Shown one piece after another: positions 12,665 to 25,500 of a stretch of DNA of 64,000 nucleotides. The notes beneath the pieces are model-generated. The model made no database searches and was not told where the DNA came from. It saw nothing but the letters and a program-made list of their open reading frames with translations. The number at the start of each line of letters is the position of its first letter. Position 1 is the first letter of the stretch. Origin of the DNA: Mobula hypostoma (Eukaryota); NCBI RefSeq assembly GCF_963921235.1, contig NC_086102.1, forward strand, positions 174,034,001-174,098,000, given 5' to 3'. Position numbers and translations under genes: made by a program.

Positions 12665-14293
12665 GTGACAAGTACAGTGCCTCTTTAATAATGTGCTGTA
12701 TAACTTTGATCCTGTACTGTGGGACAGTATGATTAAATATTGACTGCAGTTTAGGACCAAAGCTGAAAACTATTGACCCAAAGATTACAGAAGTGATGAC
12801 ATTGTGTTATGATGCCTGAAGCCAAAGATTTTGAAGGCATTATTCACACTTAAGGTCACTTTGGCAACCAGTGGGGCAATAGTTTACCAATTACAGCTCA
12901 AAAACTGCCATCAATATTTGCTTTATTATACTCCTGAGATCAATTTATTTTAAAAACAACAAAGATTTTCAACTCTTGTTCTTTGTGGTGCCAGTAGCCA
13001 ATGTTCCTTGTTCTACTGCCCATTGACACCACACATGAGAGGCTCTGTTTACTCTTCTGCGGATTGTGAGCCTTCCAGCAAGACCAACATTTATTGTTCA
13101 TCTCTAATTGAGCTTGAGAAGATGGTGATAGCTGCTCTTTTGAACTGCAGTGTTTCAGATGCCCCCTGTTACGGAGCTAGTTCTAGGATGTGGCCTCAGC
13201 AGCTTGGAGTAGAACTTACAAGTGCTGGTATCCCTATGGAACTGCTGCTGATGTTGTCCTGATCAAGACCACAGGTTTAGGAGTTCACCAGTGATTTGCA
13301 GTGTGCTTTGCAGATGCTGTGGACTGCAGCCGATTTATGCAAGAGATGGAGAGAATGGGTGAATTGCCAATCATGGAGGTTGCACCGTCCTTGCTGGTAG
13401 TGGTCTTCTTGGAGCTACACTCAAGTTTGCAGACAGCAAGCACTTCGTAAGGTTCCTGACAGGTCAGGTGGAAAAGCATTCATGAAGGAGGAGAGGATGT
13501 TGATTCAACAGCCTCTGATCTAGTCATCATTGTTATTTAGCTGAATTACTAGATCTTTAGTAGGTGCTAGTGCTACTGAAGGATGAGATGAGGGAGATGG
13601 ATGGAAGGTACATAATGATGTTGCTGAATATCAAAATAAAGCGTTCAACTTCTTAGACATCAAGTCATACAGCACAGAAGCTGGCTTTTTGGTTGAGCAT
13701 CCACACTACCAAGCACCCAGTTATACTAATCCTACAGTAATTGGATTCTCACTACATATCCATCTGCACCTCTTCACTTACAGATTCTAGCATTCACTTA
13801 CACATTACAGTGGCTAATTTACCTCCCAGAGCTAGTCATTGGGATGACCAGAGCAACAGGAAACCCATCGGTCAGAGGGAGGATGTGCAAACTTAATTCA
13901 AACGGTATCAGAGGTCAGGATATTGAGCCAGGGTTGTTGAAGCAGTGCGGCAGCAGGTCTATCAGCTGCAATACTGTGATGCCTATTGGAGATTATCATT
14001 GTCGCCTATTTCTGTGATACTGTGTAAAAGTCACCCCGGGGTGGGGTGTTGGACAGGTGGCAGAGGAGTGCCAGGGGCCGCGGGTGTCATGGCTGTGGGT
14101 ACAGCCAGCCCCGAGACACCAGGCGAGGTCATTTGATTCCAACAATTGATCATGACAGAGTGTCTCTCGGGTGCTTGCCTCTCCCTTCGCCTTTTCCAAC
14201 CCATGATTCCCCTCTCCCTGCCTCCTTCCCACTCTCAGTCCACAATACAGACCCATATCAGAATCAGGTTTATCATCACTCAGTTATGTCATG

Positions 14294-14570
14294 AAGGAGG
14301 TACAGAAGCCTGAAGACACACAATCAACGATTCAGGAACAGCTTCTTCCCCTCAGCCATCCGATTTCCGAATGGACTTTGAACCCATGAACACTATCTCA
14401 CTACTTACTTTAATTCTTATTCCTGCTCTACTTATTTAACTATTTAATATGTACTTAACTAATGTAATTCACAGTTTCCTCCATCTATTGTTACGTATTG
14501 CATTGTACTGCTGCCACAAAGACAACAAATTTCACAATATATGCTTACGATATTAAATCTAATTCTGACT
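14294..14570 (+). mobile_element. Rex1-like 3' tail nested inside the Tc1-like repeat copy
   Basis: GAAGGAGGTACAGAAGCCTGAAGAC...AGGAACAGCTTCTTCCC; the flanks rejoin to match 1990-2070. Confidence 0.7.
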
Positions 14571-15754
14571 CTGTTTTGCTTTTTTGTGTGGCAGCGGTAC
14601 AGTACAATTCATAAAATTACTACAGTGCTGTGCTATGCATCTAAGTCTTTTGCAGAGTACTGTAAATACTATTTGCTAATTAACTACCCATGTCAGAACC
14701 ATAAAATCAGAAATGTAGAGTATGTTCGCTGTACTTCAGTCAGAGGTTCACAACATGGGGTTCACAGGCCCCTCAGTTAATGTTTAAAAAAGTTTAGGAA
14801 CTGCTGGCGTAAGTAAAAAAAAAGAGTTAGCGATAAGGCAATTTTTGCAGCACATCTTCAGGGTCTTGTCTTGTTTTGGATCGTGCCTAATCCTATAGCC
14901 TTTGCTGCATCTAGAGTGTTTAACCGTTTCTTGATTACATTTGGAGTGAATCAAGTTGACAGAAGACTTAAGAATTCTCCACTCTACAGGTCCAGGGACT
15001 GAGTATGTGGATTTTTGGATATAGTAAATAAGGAAGATGGTATTATTGAAGAAAAATTGTACTGAGATAAAATATTTACCATTCAGGCAAGCAGTAACTG
15101 ATTATTCTCCAAAACCCTGCAAAACCAATCCCAGGTTACCAGTGCATCTGCCAACTTTGACCATCCTGATCTCTCCAAAATGTTCCATTCTTCATCACAA
15201 TCTTCAGTATAATGTCAACAGGACTATTAAAACACTCCTCTTTCTCACTATAAACTCATATTTTCCTTTGCTCTCTAAATATACTAACAGTGCTCTACGT
15301 AAGGTTCTAATAAGTGCAGATTCCTTAGCCCCTCTTCACAACTGCCTCACTTCACAATTCACCTCCTGCCTTATGGTCATCACCTCACCATGTCCATTGC
15401 TCCTTTGCTAGCTCTCAGCACATGCACTGTACCTGTGAAGTACCTTTACACACTTCCACTTCACTTTCTAAAACCTATTCACTAATTCACATCTGCTTCT
15501 GCAGTGAACCAAGATATTCAAATGACATTGAAATCTGCCCAAGGGTTATTCTTATCATCTGTTCCTTTCTACACTAACGACTACTTTGGATTTCATTGCT
15601 AGACATCTTTTACTTTATTTATACTTATTAACTGTTTGTCATGCAAAACAATCTCTTATGACCAAATTACCTAAGATAGTTTTTATTTCTTCTACTCCAG
15701 GCTGGTAATGAAAAGTCTGTTATCTCAGATACCGATTTTCAGAGTGTGTACAAA

Positions 15755-16315
15755 GCTCAAAGTTTAAAGAAATTTTGTCATCAAAGTACATACCTTTTAT
15801 GTCACCATGTACAACCCTGAGATTTATTTTCTTGTGGGCATGCTGAATAAATCCAAAAACCATAATGGAGTAAATGAAAGATTGCACCAACAAGGCAGTC
15901 AATCAATGTGCAAGGGTCAACAAACTGCAAATACAAAAAGAAAGAAAAAAAAAGAATAATAATAAATAGATATTGAGAACATGAGATGAAGAGTCCTTGA
16001 AAGTGAGTCCATAGGTTGTGGGAACATTTCAATGATGAAGTGATGTTGAATGAAGTTATCCCCTTCAGTTCAAGAGGGGTTGAGGAGTAGTAACTGTTCC
16101 TGAACCTGGTGGTGAGTCCTGAGGCTCCTATACCTTCTTCCTGATAGCAGCAGCAAGAAGAGGGCATGACGCTGATGGTGGAAGCTGGATTCCTGCGACA
16201 ACACTCCATGTAGATGTGCTCAATGGTGAGCAGGGCTTCACCATTGATAGACTGGCTGTATCCACTACTTTTTATAGTATTTTTCATTCAAAGGCATTGG
16301 TGCTTCCATACCAGC
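15755..16315 (-). mobile_element. Rex1/Babar LINE 3' fragment
   Basis: Reverse copy of the Rex1 tail and of TRFRNSYY. Confidence 0.85.
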
Positions 16316-16556
16316 ATGTGACAAAATAATTAGTTTTGTGACTTTTAATGTGCAATTTCTGAAAATAAAGATGACTTTGATCATTTAGAATGAGCAAATA
16401 ACCTCTGCACATTTAGAAAGAATTGGTCATACCTTTTGTGATCTTTGAATATCCCAAATTAATTGAAACTTAATGCATTATCACAAAACTAACTTTAACT
16501 GTGCACAATTCAGATGAAGAATTCAAATATTTGGAAAGCATCTGAGGATTAATTGC

Positions 16557-16836
16557 AAACATAAGAAATTCTGCAAATGCTGGAAATCCAAAGCAACGCA
16601 TGCAAAATGGTGGAGGAACTCAGCAGGTCAGGCAGCATCTATGGGAATGAATATTCAGTCGACGTTTCAGTCTGAGATCCTTCTTCAGGACTCAGTGATG
16701 AGGCAAGTGAAGATGAGTGAAGTTATCCCCTCTGACTCAGTCCTGAAGAAGGGTCTCAACCTGAAATGGCAACTATTCTTTTCCATAGCTGCTACCTGAA
16801 CTGTTGAATTCCTCCAGCATTTTGCATGTGTTGCTG
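16557..16836. mobile_element. Penelope-derived inverted-repeat element with hammerhead-like motifs
   Basis: Two ~95-nt inverted arms; arms match the terminus of the Penelope fragment at 63215-63350. Confidence 0.8.
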
Positions 16837-16984
16837 AAGATTAATTGCCGCCTGTTCCCTCACTGATAATAACACTGAATTTCAATAATAACTTGTGAAT
16901 TTCAATCTTGGCTACATTTTATTCATTACTCTAAGTATCTGAATCAAGCCTTAAGGAATTTTCAGTCAACATAGAAATGAAAAC

Positions 16985-17585
16985 TTGCTGGAAATCTAAA
17001 ATTAAAAAAAACTGAAAGTACTGGAAATACTCTGCAGGTCAGACCACATTTGTGGGAACAGAAACAGAGATAAATTTTCAGATTGAAGGCCCTTCATCAG
17101 AATTGAAAGACAGTAGAGAAGTTTGTCTGTGATAGGATGAAACCAGGGTAACCATGAAAATAAACTGTAAACATCTGGTCAATGAGTTAGAGAGTATAAA
17201 AATAGATAAAAGAACATAGACAAAATAATATAGGAGTCGTTAAAATGCAGGGCAGGAAGACATAGCTGGCAGACCAGGCTAGGCAGGTCCTTTGTTTCCA
17301 GAGAAACAAGCTAAGTCAATATCACAATTTGATGATAAACGCAGGCTGAGAAAGTGAGTTACTTGGAGTTATAGAAGTCAATATTGAATAAACAAGGCCA
17401 CAATGTCCCCTAATGGAAGATAAGGTTCTATTCCTCAAAAATTCATTTTAACAGGAGTGGGAAGGAAAGTTGAAATGGCAGGCAACCGAATGCACAGGCT
17501 GCCCCTCTGGACTGAACAGAAGTACTCCACAAAGTAATCATCCAACAAGTGTTTGGTTTCTCCAATGTAGAAGATGCTACGCTAC
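16985..17585 (-). mobile_element. Decayed Penelope-like element 3' part
   Basis: Terminal repeat plus GIY-YIG remnant (YIGETK...LPVACHFN). Confidence 0.65.
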
Positions 17586-17589
17586 AATA

Positions 17590-17950
17590 GGGTGATCAGA
17601 ATTCAATGCAATACTTCAAATGCAGCCTAACTAAAGCTTTATAATACTCCCACGTAAGTTATAAACTTTTGAACTCAATGCCTCAACTAATAAAGACAAA
17701 CATTCCATAAGCCTTCTTTACCATCCTATCAACTTGTGGGGCTACTTTCAAGGAGGTATGGACTTGGACCCTAAGATTCTTCTGTACATCAGTGCTGGTA
17801 AGGGTCCTGCCATTAAATGTGTACCTTCACGTTACATTTTATCTCCTAGTGCACCACGTCATACTTTCCCGAATTAAACTTCATCTGCAATTCTCCATCC
17901 ATATCTGCAACTGAGCTATATCCCAATGTAATCCTTGAGAAATTTTCTAG
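17590..17950 (-). mobile_element. CR1 fragment
   Basis: QMKFNSGKYDVVH motif; homologous to 10200-10540. Confidence 0.75.
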
Positions 17951-17952
17951 AC

Positions 17953-18030
17953 CAGGGTTCCCAAACTTTTTCAGGCAAATGGCCCCTACCATTAACCAAG
18001 GGGTCTGTGACTCTAGGTTGGGAACCTCTT
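17953..18030. mobile_element. ~80-bp hAT-type MITE; copies at ~14740-14808, 42781-42860 and ~63085-63135
   Basis: TIRs CAGGG(G)TTC(C/T)CAA / TTGGGAACC(C/T)CT(G); shared internal GGTCTGTGGACCCC. Confidence 0.75.
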
Positions 18031-19230
18031 TTCTACATCTTTGTGTCATCTACAATAAGAGGAACAAAATTTTGGAATTAAAGGCCGGACATTCAGATCT
18101 GATTGGCTGCTGCCTATGAATGGTATTTAGAGCATAAACTAGCAACACGGCAGTTCCACAGGGTGGTAATGGTGTGTAAAGAAATTTGGAAGGGGTGCTG
18201 CTGGGTTTAAAGGAAATAGGGGTAAATTTGCTGTATATAAATATCGGGAGATGACTTGTGAGATGATGCAAAGAAAAGCACTCCAGTAATTGAACTGCAA
18301 GTTTGTTTCAAGGCCTGGTGTCAGGATTCTGTACCTGTAAGTGGCAATAGTGTTGTTACGATGAAAGGAGATACACGTGCATGAGAGAGAAAAGATCTTA
18401 ACAGTAACCAGGAGAAACAACTGAAATTAACCTCATCAGCCACTGCCAGATCACCAGCCTTTGGTCTGAATCCTGTCAACTTAGAACTCCAGCTGAAGCT
18501 TAAAGAGGTGCCTTCCCAGGAAGTTCATTAATCACATTTTCAGTAGTGACTTGCATTTATACATCTTTAATGTTGGAAAACCTCCAAGGCATGCTTCCAG
18601 CACTTGTAATACTTTCATATTTTAAAGCATGGAAAATGTGCAAAAAAAACTTTAAGCAATCCTTGGGTTTGAAGGGATTTGTGTTTGAGATTTAATATCA
18701 ACAAAGGAACAAGTACAACCAGTGTCTGCCAGGATCATCAGAATTATCAATGGAGAAGGTACAGAAAACAGTGAGTCAAAGATTTGTGTTGCTTCAAGAC
18801 AAGTGATTATTTGGCAGCAGTGGCAGTCAGCAGTGAAGATGATATACATCGATGCCATTAATCTGTTGTGGAGTTTGCAATTAGAGGTAACTCAAATGAA
18901 TTACTAATAGCAAAGGAATAAAAGTCACAGGCTGTCACCCTCAGCTTCTCCTCCCCAGGTCAATTAGGATAATGCGAATTGGATCCAAAGTTGCCCTGTT
19001 GATATGAGGCAAAGGGTATTTGGATAGGTACTTAGAAAGTCTTAGAAAGGTATGATCCTAATGCAGGCAAATGTGATTAATGGAGAATGGCATCACAGTC
19101 AACATGGGCATGTTGGGACGAAGGATTTCTTTTGCACTTACATCCTAGGAATTTATGACTACATGATGAATATGGAAAAGTAAGTGTAATATTCAGAGAT
19201 GTGAGCTTTTATCAAACATTTGATATATTA

Positions 19231-20025
19231 CACTGGACAACAAAGATTTTACTTTCTGAATACTTTTGGGTGTATCCTATGGATTTTGGGCTGCTGATCA
19301 TTAAAATCACAATGAAATTTCCCTATCATGCACCAGTTTTTAAACATTGTCTAATATTCGTTATTTCAATTCATAATTCAAGTCAGAATAACTGATGCCA
19401 AGATTAAGGAAGACATTTTTGTTGATCCAGAGATCAAGCAGGAAATCTACTAGAACTTCTACTGGGACTGGAGAAATTTGCATGGAAGGCATTCAAGGAT
19501 GTTGCTGAAAAACTTCTTGGCAACTGCAGAGTACCAAACTATGTGCAGCTTTTGGCAATATGTTTCACGTCTACAAAACCATAAAATGTAACATGTTACT
19601 GAAGATTCATTTTCAACATTCCCATTTAGACTTCTTTCCTGCAAATCTTGGTTCTGTCAGTTACGAGCATGGAGAAAGCTTTCAGCAGGACATTGCGGTC
19701 ATGAGGAGAAATGGTATCAGGGCAATTGGAATCCATCAATGCTGCCTGTTTTTTTGTTAGACACTTAAGCAAGAAGCCTCAGACACTGAGTACAAACGAA
19801 AATCATCAACAAAAAAATGTTAGCATAGTTGGACTATTGCAAAGCTTCAACAACATTAAGCAACTAAACATATTAAACTAAATAAAAGTTAATTTATTCT
19901 TTCTCCAAACTCCTATGTAATACAATTAGTCTAAAATTATATTTGTGTTCAACATCAAGAGGTCTATCACAAACAAATAAAAAAATTGAGGAAGCAATAC
20001 TTTCAAAAAAACTTGATGTCCTGGG
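19231..20025 (+). mobile_element. Internally deleted Chapaev3-like (CMC) DNA transposon
   Basis: 3-bp TSD TTA on both sides; TIR CACTGGACAACAA vs reverse-complemented end CCCAGGACATCAA; transposase remnant LKIHFQHSHLDFFPANLGSVSYEHGESFQQDI. Confidence 0.78.
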
Positions 20026-20534
20026 TTATTAGAGATTATTGCAACATGCTTGTTATTAGAAAATGGATAAATATGATGAAACTGCTGTGACTACAGCAGA
20101 ATAAAAACCATGATCCTTGTGCATGTTGTGCTCCTGATAATTGTCAGAACAGATTCAAGGGAACAGTCAGAACTCACCCACCCATGGCAAGAATTCATAG
20201 GATATGAACTTTGAGATAAAGGACTAGCATTGCTAGAAATGGACTATTGTCCCTTAATGTATGTCATGTTACATTTCTTTGACAGGAACATTCTCCCCAG
20301 GTCTCAAGGAACTTTTGTACCTTGCTGCTGTGCTGTATAATCTAATTATTAGTCATTAACAGCCAAGTTATGCAACCAATTATGTCTCTTGTGTGCTTTC
20401 ATTTTAACTATTTGCAAATTTAATATCTCTATTAGGGAACAGGAGAGAATGACACCTTGGTAGGGAATAGATAAGTGGTACCTGAAGTGACAAGATGAAT
20501 TCCACGTGCATCAGTAGTGTTTTATCAATCAGAC

Positions 20535-22335
20535 AGCAGAGGAACAAGCCTGCCACCTACCATGTCAATGCTGACTATAAACTACCTATCCATAATAATC
20601 CCCTTTACTAGTATTAGTCTGTAGCCCACAACGCTTTGCTGAGATGTTTCTTAAAAGTGGTAAAAGTAGCTGGATGTGTCCATCACTTCTCAAGTGGTGC
20701 ATTCCAGATTCCACGCTACCATTGCCCCCCCAAAAAATCTTCCTCTGATCCCCCGCTAAACCTTTTATTCCTCATCTTAAAACTAGGCTGGTGTTGGCAC
20801 ATGGCCAAGTGGTTAAGGCATTCGTTTAGCGATCTGAAGGTCGTTAGTTTGAGCCTTGGCTGAGGCAGCGTGTTGTGTCCTTGAGCAAGGCACTTAACCA
20901 CACATTACTCTGCGACGACACTGGTACCAAGCTGTATGGGTCCTAACCCTTCCCTTGGACAACATCGGTGCCATGGAGAGGGGGGACTTGCAGCATGGGC
21001 AACTGCCGGTCTTCCATGTGACCTTGCCCAGGCCTACACCCTGAAAACCTTCCAAGGCACAAATCCATGGTCTCGTGAGACTAACAGATGCCTATAAAAA
21101 AAACTAGGCCCTCTGGTCTTCAACATCTCTGCTATTGGGAAAAGTTTCTTACTACTTACCCTATCTATGCCTCTGGTAATTTTATATACTTCTATCAGGT
21201 CATCCCTTAGTCTCCTCTGATCCAAAGCAAAGAAACCCAATCTATCCAGTCTCACCCCATAATGGATGGCATTCTTTCGCAAACAACATACTGGTGAATC
21301 TTCTCTGTACTCTCTCCAATGCAATTACATCCTTCCAATTATATAGCAACCAACCAGAACCGCACATAATGTTCCACCTGTTTTAGGAAGTTGTATCAAG
21401 ACTTCCTTGTACTTACATTCGATGCCCTGTCTAATTGAAACACGAATCTCATATTCCCCCTTCACCAATCTGCTAACCTATGTTGCCACATTCATAAACC
21501 ATTGGACTTGGAAACTAAAATCTCTTTGTTCCTCAATGTTATGTGTGGCCCTTCCATTTGTGGTACATGTCCCACACAGATCGGGGTCTCCAAAATGCAA
21601 CAGCTCACGCTAATTGGTTTTAAATTCCATCTGCCACTCATCGACCCATTTTAGCAGCTGATCAAAGTAATAGCCTGGCCACCCTCATGATCAACAATAC
21701 CACCAATTTTTATGTCATCTACAAACTTACTTATCACACCACTTACGTTCATACCTAAGTTATTAATGTACATAACAAATAGCAATTTATTCCTGTGGTA
21801 TAGGTGACAACGGCAACCACCCTCTGTCTCCCACTACCAAGCCAAAGGTGAAGCCAATTTCCCAAGTTACCATGAATCTCATGGACTCTAAGCTTTTGGA
21901 CCATTCCAGTCTTTCAATGTGGGACTTTGTCACTGCCTAAACAAAACGCATATAACCATATAAACCACGATGTCCCTCATCGATATCTAAAAAAAACACC
22001 ATTAAATTAACCGGACAGGATCTCCCACCAGCAAATCTATGTTAATAAATTTCAATTAAATGAACCAGACAGGACCTCCAACTGACAGATCCATGTTGAA
22101 TATCCTTGATCAATCCCTGCCTTTCCAAGTGATTATTAATCCTGCCCCCAGCACTTTATTTGATAATCTCTTGGTCACCGATTTAAACAAGCCTGTTTAT
22201 GAATACCTATCATTCCTGATTACCTCCTTGAATAAAGTTCCAATGTTTGCTGTTTTCCAGTTACCTGGCGCAATTTAAATATCGCTGTCATGGTCTAAAC
22301 AATTCCCTTCCTTGCCTCCCATAGCAGCCTGGGAT
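20535..22335 (-). mobile_element. Decayed CR1 LINE hosting the SINE
   Basis: RRLRDDLIEVYKITRGIDRV motif; RT remnants extending to ~22330. Confidence 0.8.
20789..21099 (+). mobile_element. Full-length tRNA-derived SINE with 10-bp TSD
   Basis: A box TGGCCAAGTGG, B-box-like GTTTGAGCC, A-tail; TSD AAAACTAGGC at 20779-20788 and 21100-21109. Confidence 0.92.
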
Positions 22336-22397
22336 ACATTTCACCAGATCTTGCACCACCCTCATGATTTCCGCTTCATTATAGGCATACTAGCAAG

Positions 22398-22535
22398 CTG
22401 GAGGTGTAGTGGAATCGGCACCGGGCTTCAATGCGTGTGGTGTCGGGTTCAAATCGGGCCGGCTTCATAAAACACAGACAAGTGCTAAGGAAACGGCGAG
22501 GTTGCCGCTCGATGCACCACGAGGTACGGAGAACA
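22398..22535 (+). mobile_element. Short tRNA-derived SINE remnant
   Basis: A-box-like GGTGTAGTGG and B box GGTTCAAATC. Confidence 0.55.
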
Positions 22536-25500
22536 CATAGGCATCCTCCGCTGACGTTCTGAACTCTCCTTCGATTATACTTGCTTTATAATCTTGGCGC
22601 CCCAGTTTTGTTTCTCTTGTGAAAGAATACCATATCATCCCTGTCAAATCCTTCCATAATCTTCGCGGTATCTAACAGATTACCCTAAAACTCTGATTGT
22701 TCGATATGATTGACCAATCAGTGTGAAGGATCCTTTCAAAGGAATATAAATAGGATCTATCAAACTGAGGTGGCTCCATCTGGTGATAAACATTCAGGAT
22801 TAAGCAAATGTCTGATAGTCCATTGCCTGAAGAAGCCAAATCTGGAGTACTGCGGGAAAGCAACAAATCCCGTAAAGACAGACTTCTCTTGGATGTGGAT
22901 GTGGATTTCCTTTTTCCCTACTCGGTGTCTCATATTTCTGCTGTCAGCTCGTTCCTTATTAAACATGTTAAAAATAATGACTCTAGTAGCAGGCAGCTGA
23001 CCAGTGCTACATCCTGTCGAGATAAGTGGTTTTGGCTGGTAAACTTGCTGCACAGTGCATACGCTTAGGCAACTCTAAAATGTGAGTCGTTTCTATAGAC
23101 ATAAAGAATACCCACTCCATATAAGGCAAACGCAAATTCTGTGCGTGTAGATTTCTCGTAGCCGATAGCTCCTAAAACACTGTTACTTTAGCTTTTCACA
23201 CATGCGAGACAACCAGCTGACCAAAGCAGAAAAGTGCTGCAAAAATTGTGATATTTCCTTTATGCACAATGGCGATCCTTGGGGGCTTGTTCAATGAGCA
23301 ATTTGTGCCACCGATTCCTACATAATGGGTAGGTTTATGCTGTGAACTCACCCCTATTATGAACTCATTTCACCCAGCAAAGAGTGAAGGTTTTCTTTCT
23401 ATCAGTCACTGCTGAATTCAAACACAGAAGGCAGTGTCTACCACCTAGTCACCAGGATTCGGGCTTAGGCAACTTTGTTGCCAAGGAATGATAATGGAGT
23501 TGTGACTGGAAACAAAGAATATCTTCCCGTTTTTTTTTAAGTTATGCATGTCTTAATCTTCATTCTATCTGTTCAGGATTTAATTTTCTGTGTCTCCTGC
23601 TTTCCAGGATGTAACCTTTATATTTTTAGCTATTTCTGCCTTTCCAGACTTGATATCTGTGACACAGTCTTTGTTCCTGTATTTAGAATTATACAACTAT
23701 ATGCTAGCCTACTGATATTTTTCCATTGTCTTACAAACTGGTTATAGCCTTCCAAATTATATTTTCTTGCATCCAGATACTTTTTTTATTGCAAATCATT
23801 TCCTCTCTTTTATTTTGACAGGTTCACTATGCTGCTGGCTGCTGACTGTGTTAATTCTTGGCTATATTTTATGTGTTCTGAACTGTATTTGATATATTCC
23901 ATGTATATTTTTGAAGTCTGTGCTCCAAATCTTCTATGCTGGTCCATAGTCATTGTAATATGGGTTGTTTTATGTGCATTATCTGCAATCAGTGTTGTAT
24001 TTTCAGCAACCTAATGAGCTCTGTTCATTGTGATCTATGTTGTGTTCTCTCCAAAGTATATTGAATTCTCTATTTTACAGAGAGAGAGGCCCTCTGTTGG
24101 TTGCGGTCCACCATGGATGTTGTGTCCTACTGTAGCTGTCATACAAAAGTCAGGGCAGTATGATATGGAGAGAAAGCTGTTGCCCATGCAGCAAGCTCCC
24201 CCTCTCTATGCAACTGATTAATCCAAAGGAACATCAGAAACCGATACAGTTTGGCACCAGCAATGTCACAGGAGTTGTTAATCTGCATTGAACTCATCAC
24301 AGGACTGCCTTATGGACTCCAGCTCCAGATTTATCCTCGAGGTTTACTCCTGAAGCCTTCCCCATGAATGGGTACAACCACAAAGCAGCAGAGCTTTGAA
24401 ATCGGAGATTTCCTTCTCCTAGATGAACTGCCAACCACAGCTGATGAGCCCCATCTGCCTGAAGTGACTGATGTTAAGGTGCCAGTAACCTGCATTTGCC
24501 CCTCCCCTCAACAGTAGAACCAGTTCTGCCAGGTTTAGTAGCTAAGCCTCATGTTATGGCCAGGAGCTGGACTTGGTTTTCAGAGGCTATTTGAGATGCA
24601 CACCATTGGGAGCATTTAATAGGTAGTGGGAGCTTATCATCACTCCACACCACCCCTCCCCCTCCCCAGCTATGGCAACCTTAAGGAACCTTAAGTTATG
24701 TCAGAAGTCAAATTCATAGTCTTTTGTGTTACTAGGGCATTCATCAAACCATTACATTTCATATTAAACACTGACTGTTTGTTTTGTCAACTGAAATGGT
24801 TGTCACTATTGTACAGAGTCTGTTTGACTGTCATGGCAAAAACTGAAGCCAATAATTCAATCTTCATCGCCGCCCTGGCCGAGATCAGCAATTTCAACCC
24901 AGATTTTCCTGATTAGTGTGGCTTAGCCACACACCAGGGGAAGTCTGGTTTGCATTCAACCAGATTTGCTACATTATCCATGATAGTAATTCAACATATT
25001 GCTCGTTAATAAACCACCCCTTTTTTGACGGAATTTGCGTCCTTATATGTTGTGGTTTATTTTAAATTTCACCTTCTTAAATTTGAAGGCATAAAAATCC
25101 TGCAACTTGTTTTCTAACTAATCCAGCTGATCTCTTAAATTGACTCCCAGAGAAGGAATGTTTTTCTTCAAATCACCCTATACTCTCAACCTTTTCTATC
25201 GCGCTAACTGCCAACATCCCTACAGCACTCCGGGATCTCTGCACTTTTTCTGTTTAGGAATTCTCATTATCTATTTAAATGCTCCATCATTGCCATTAGC
25301 TGCCAAAACCGTGAATCCCTCTGCTTCCTTTTCCTCTTTGAGTCTAGCCTTAAAAGAAAAATCTTTGACCTAATTTGCAGTCATCTTAACCTAATATATT
25401 TCTATGTATTTCACTAACAAATTTTTTAATTTGATTTTTTGTTATAATAAAGGCATAACACAAATGCATGTGTTTTGTTGAGTTTTGCAATTTCTGAATT

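Noticed and set aside
20789-20865. tRNA gene
   Set aside because: tRNA-like SINE head without a closing acceptor stem; continues into SINE body, A-tail and TSD.
22465-23200. Long minus-strand frame with few stops, considered as an endogenous viral element
   Set aside because: No recognisable viral motif; other frames give CR1 RT remnants, which explain part of the region.
23540-24070. T-rich stretch possibly an antisense L1/Tx1 ORF2 remnant
   Set aside because: No diagnostic endonuclease or RT motif could be read.
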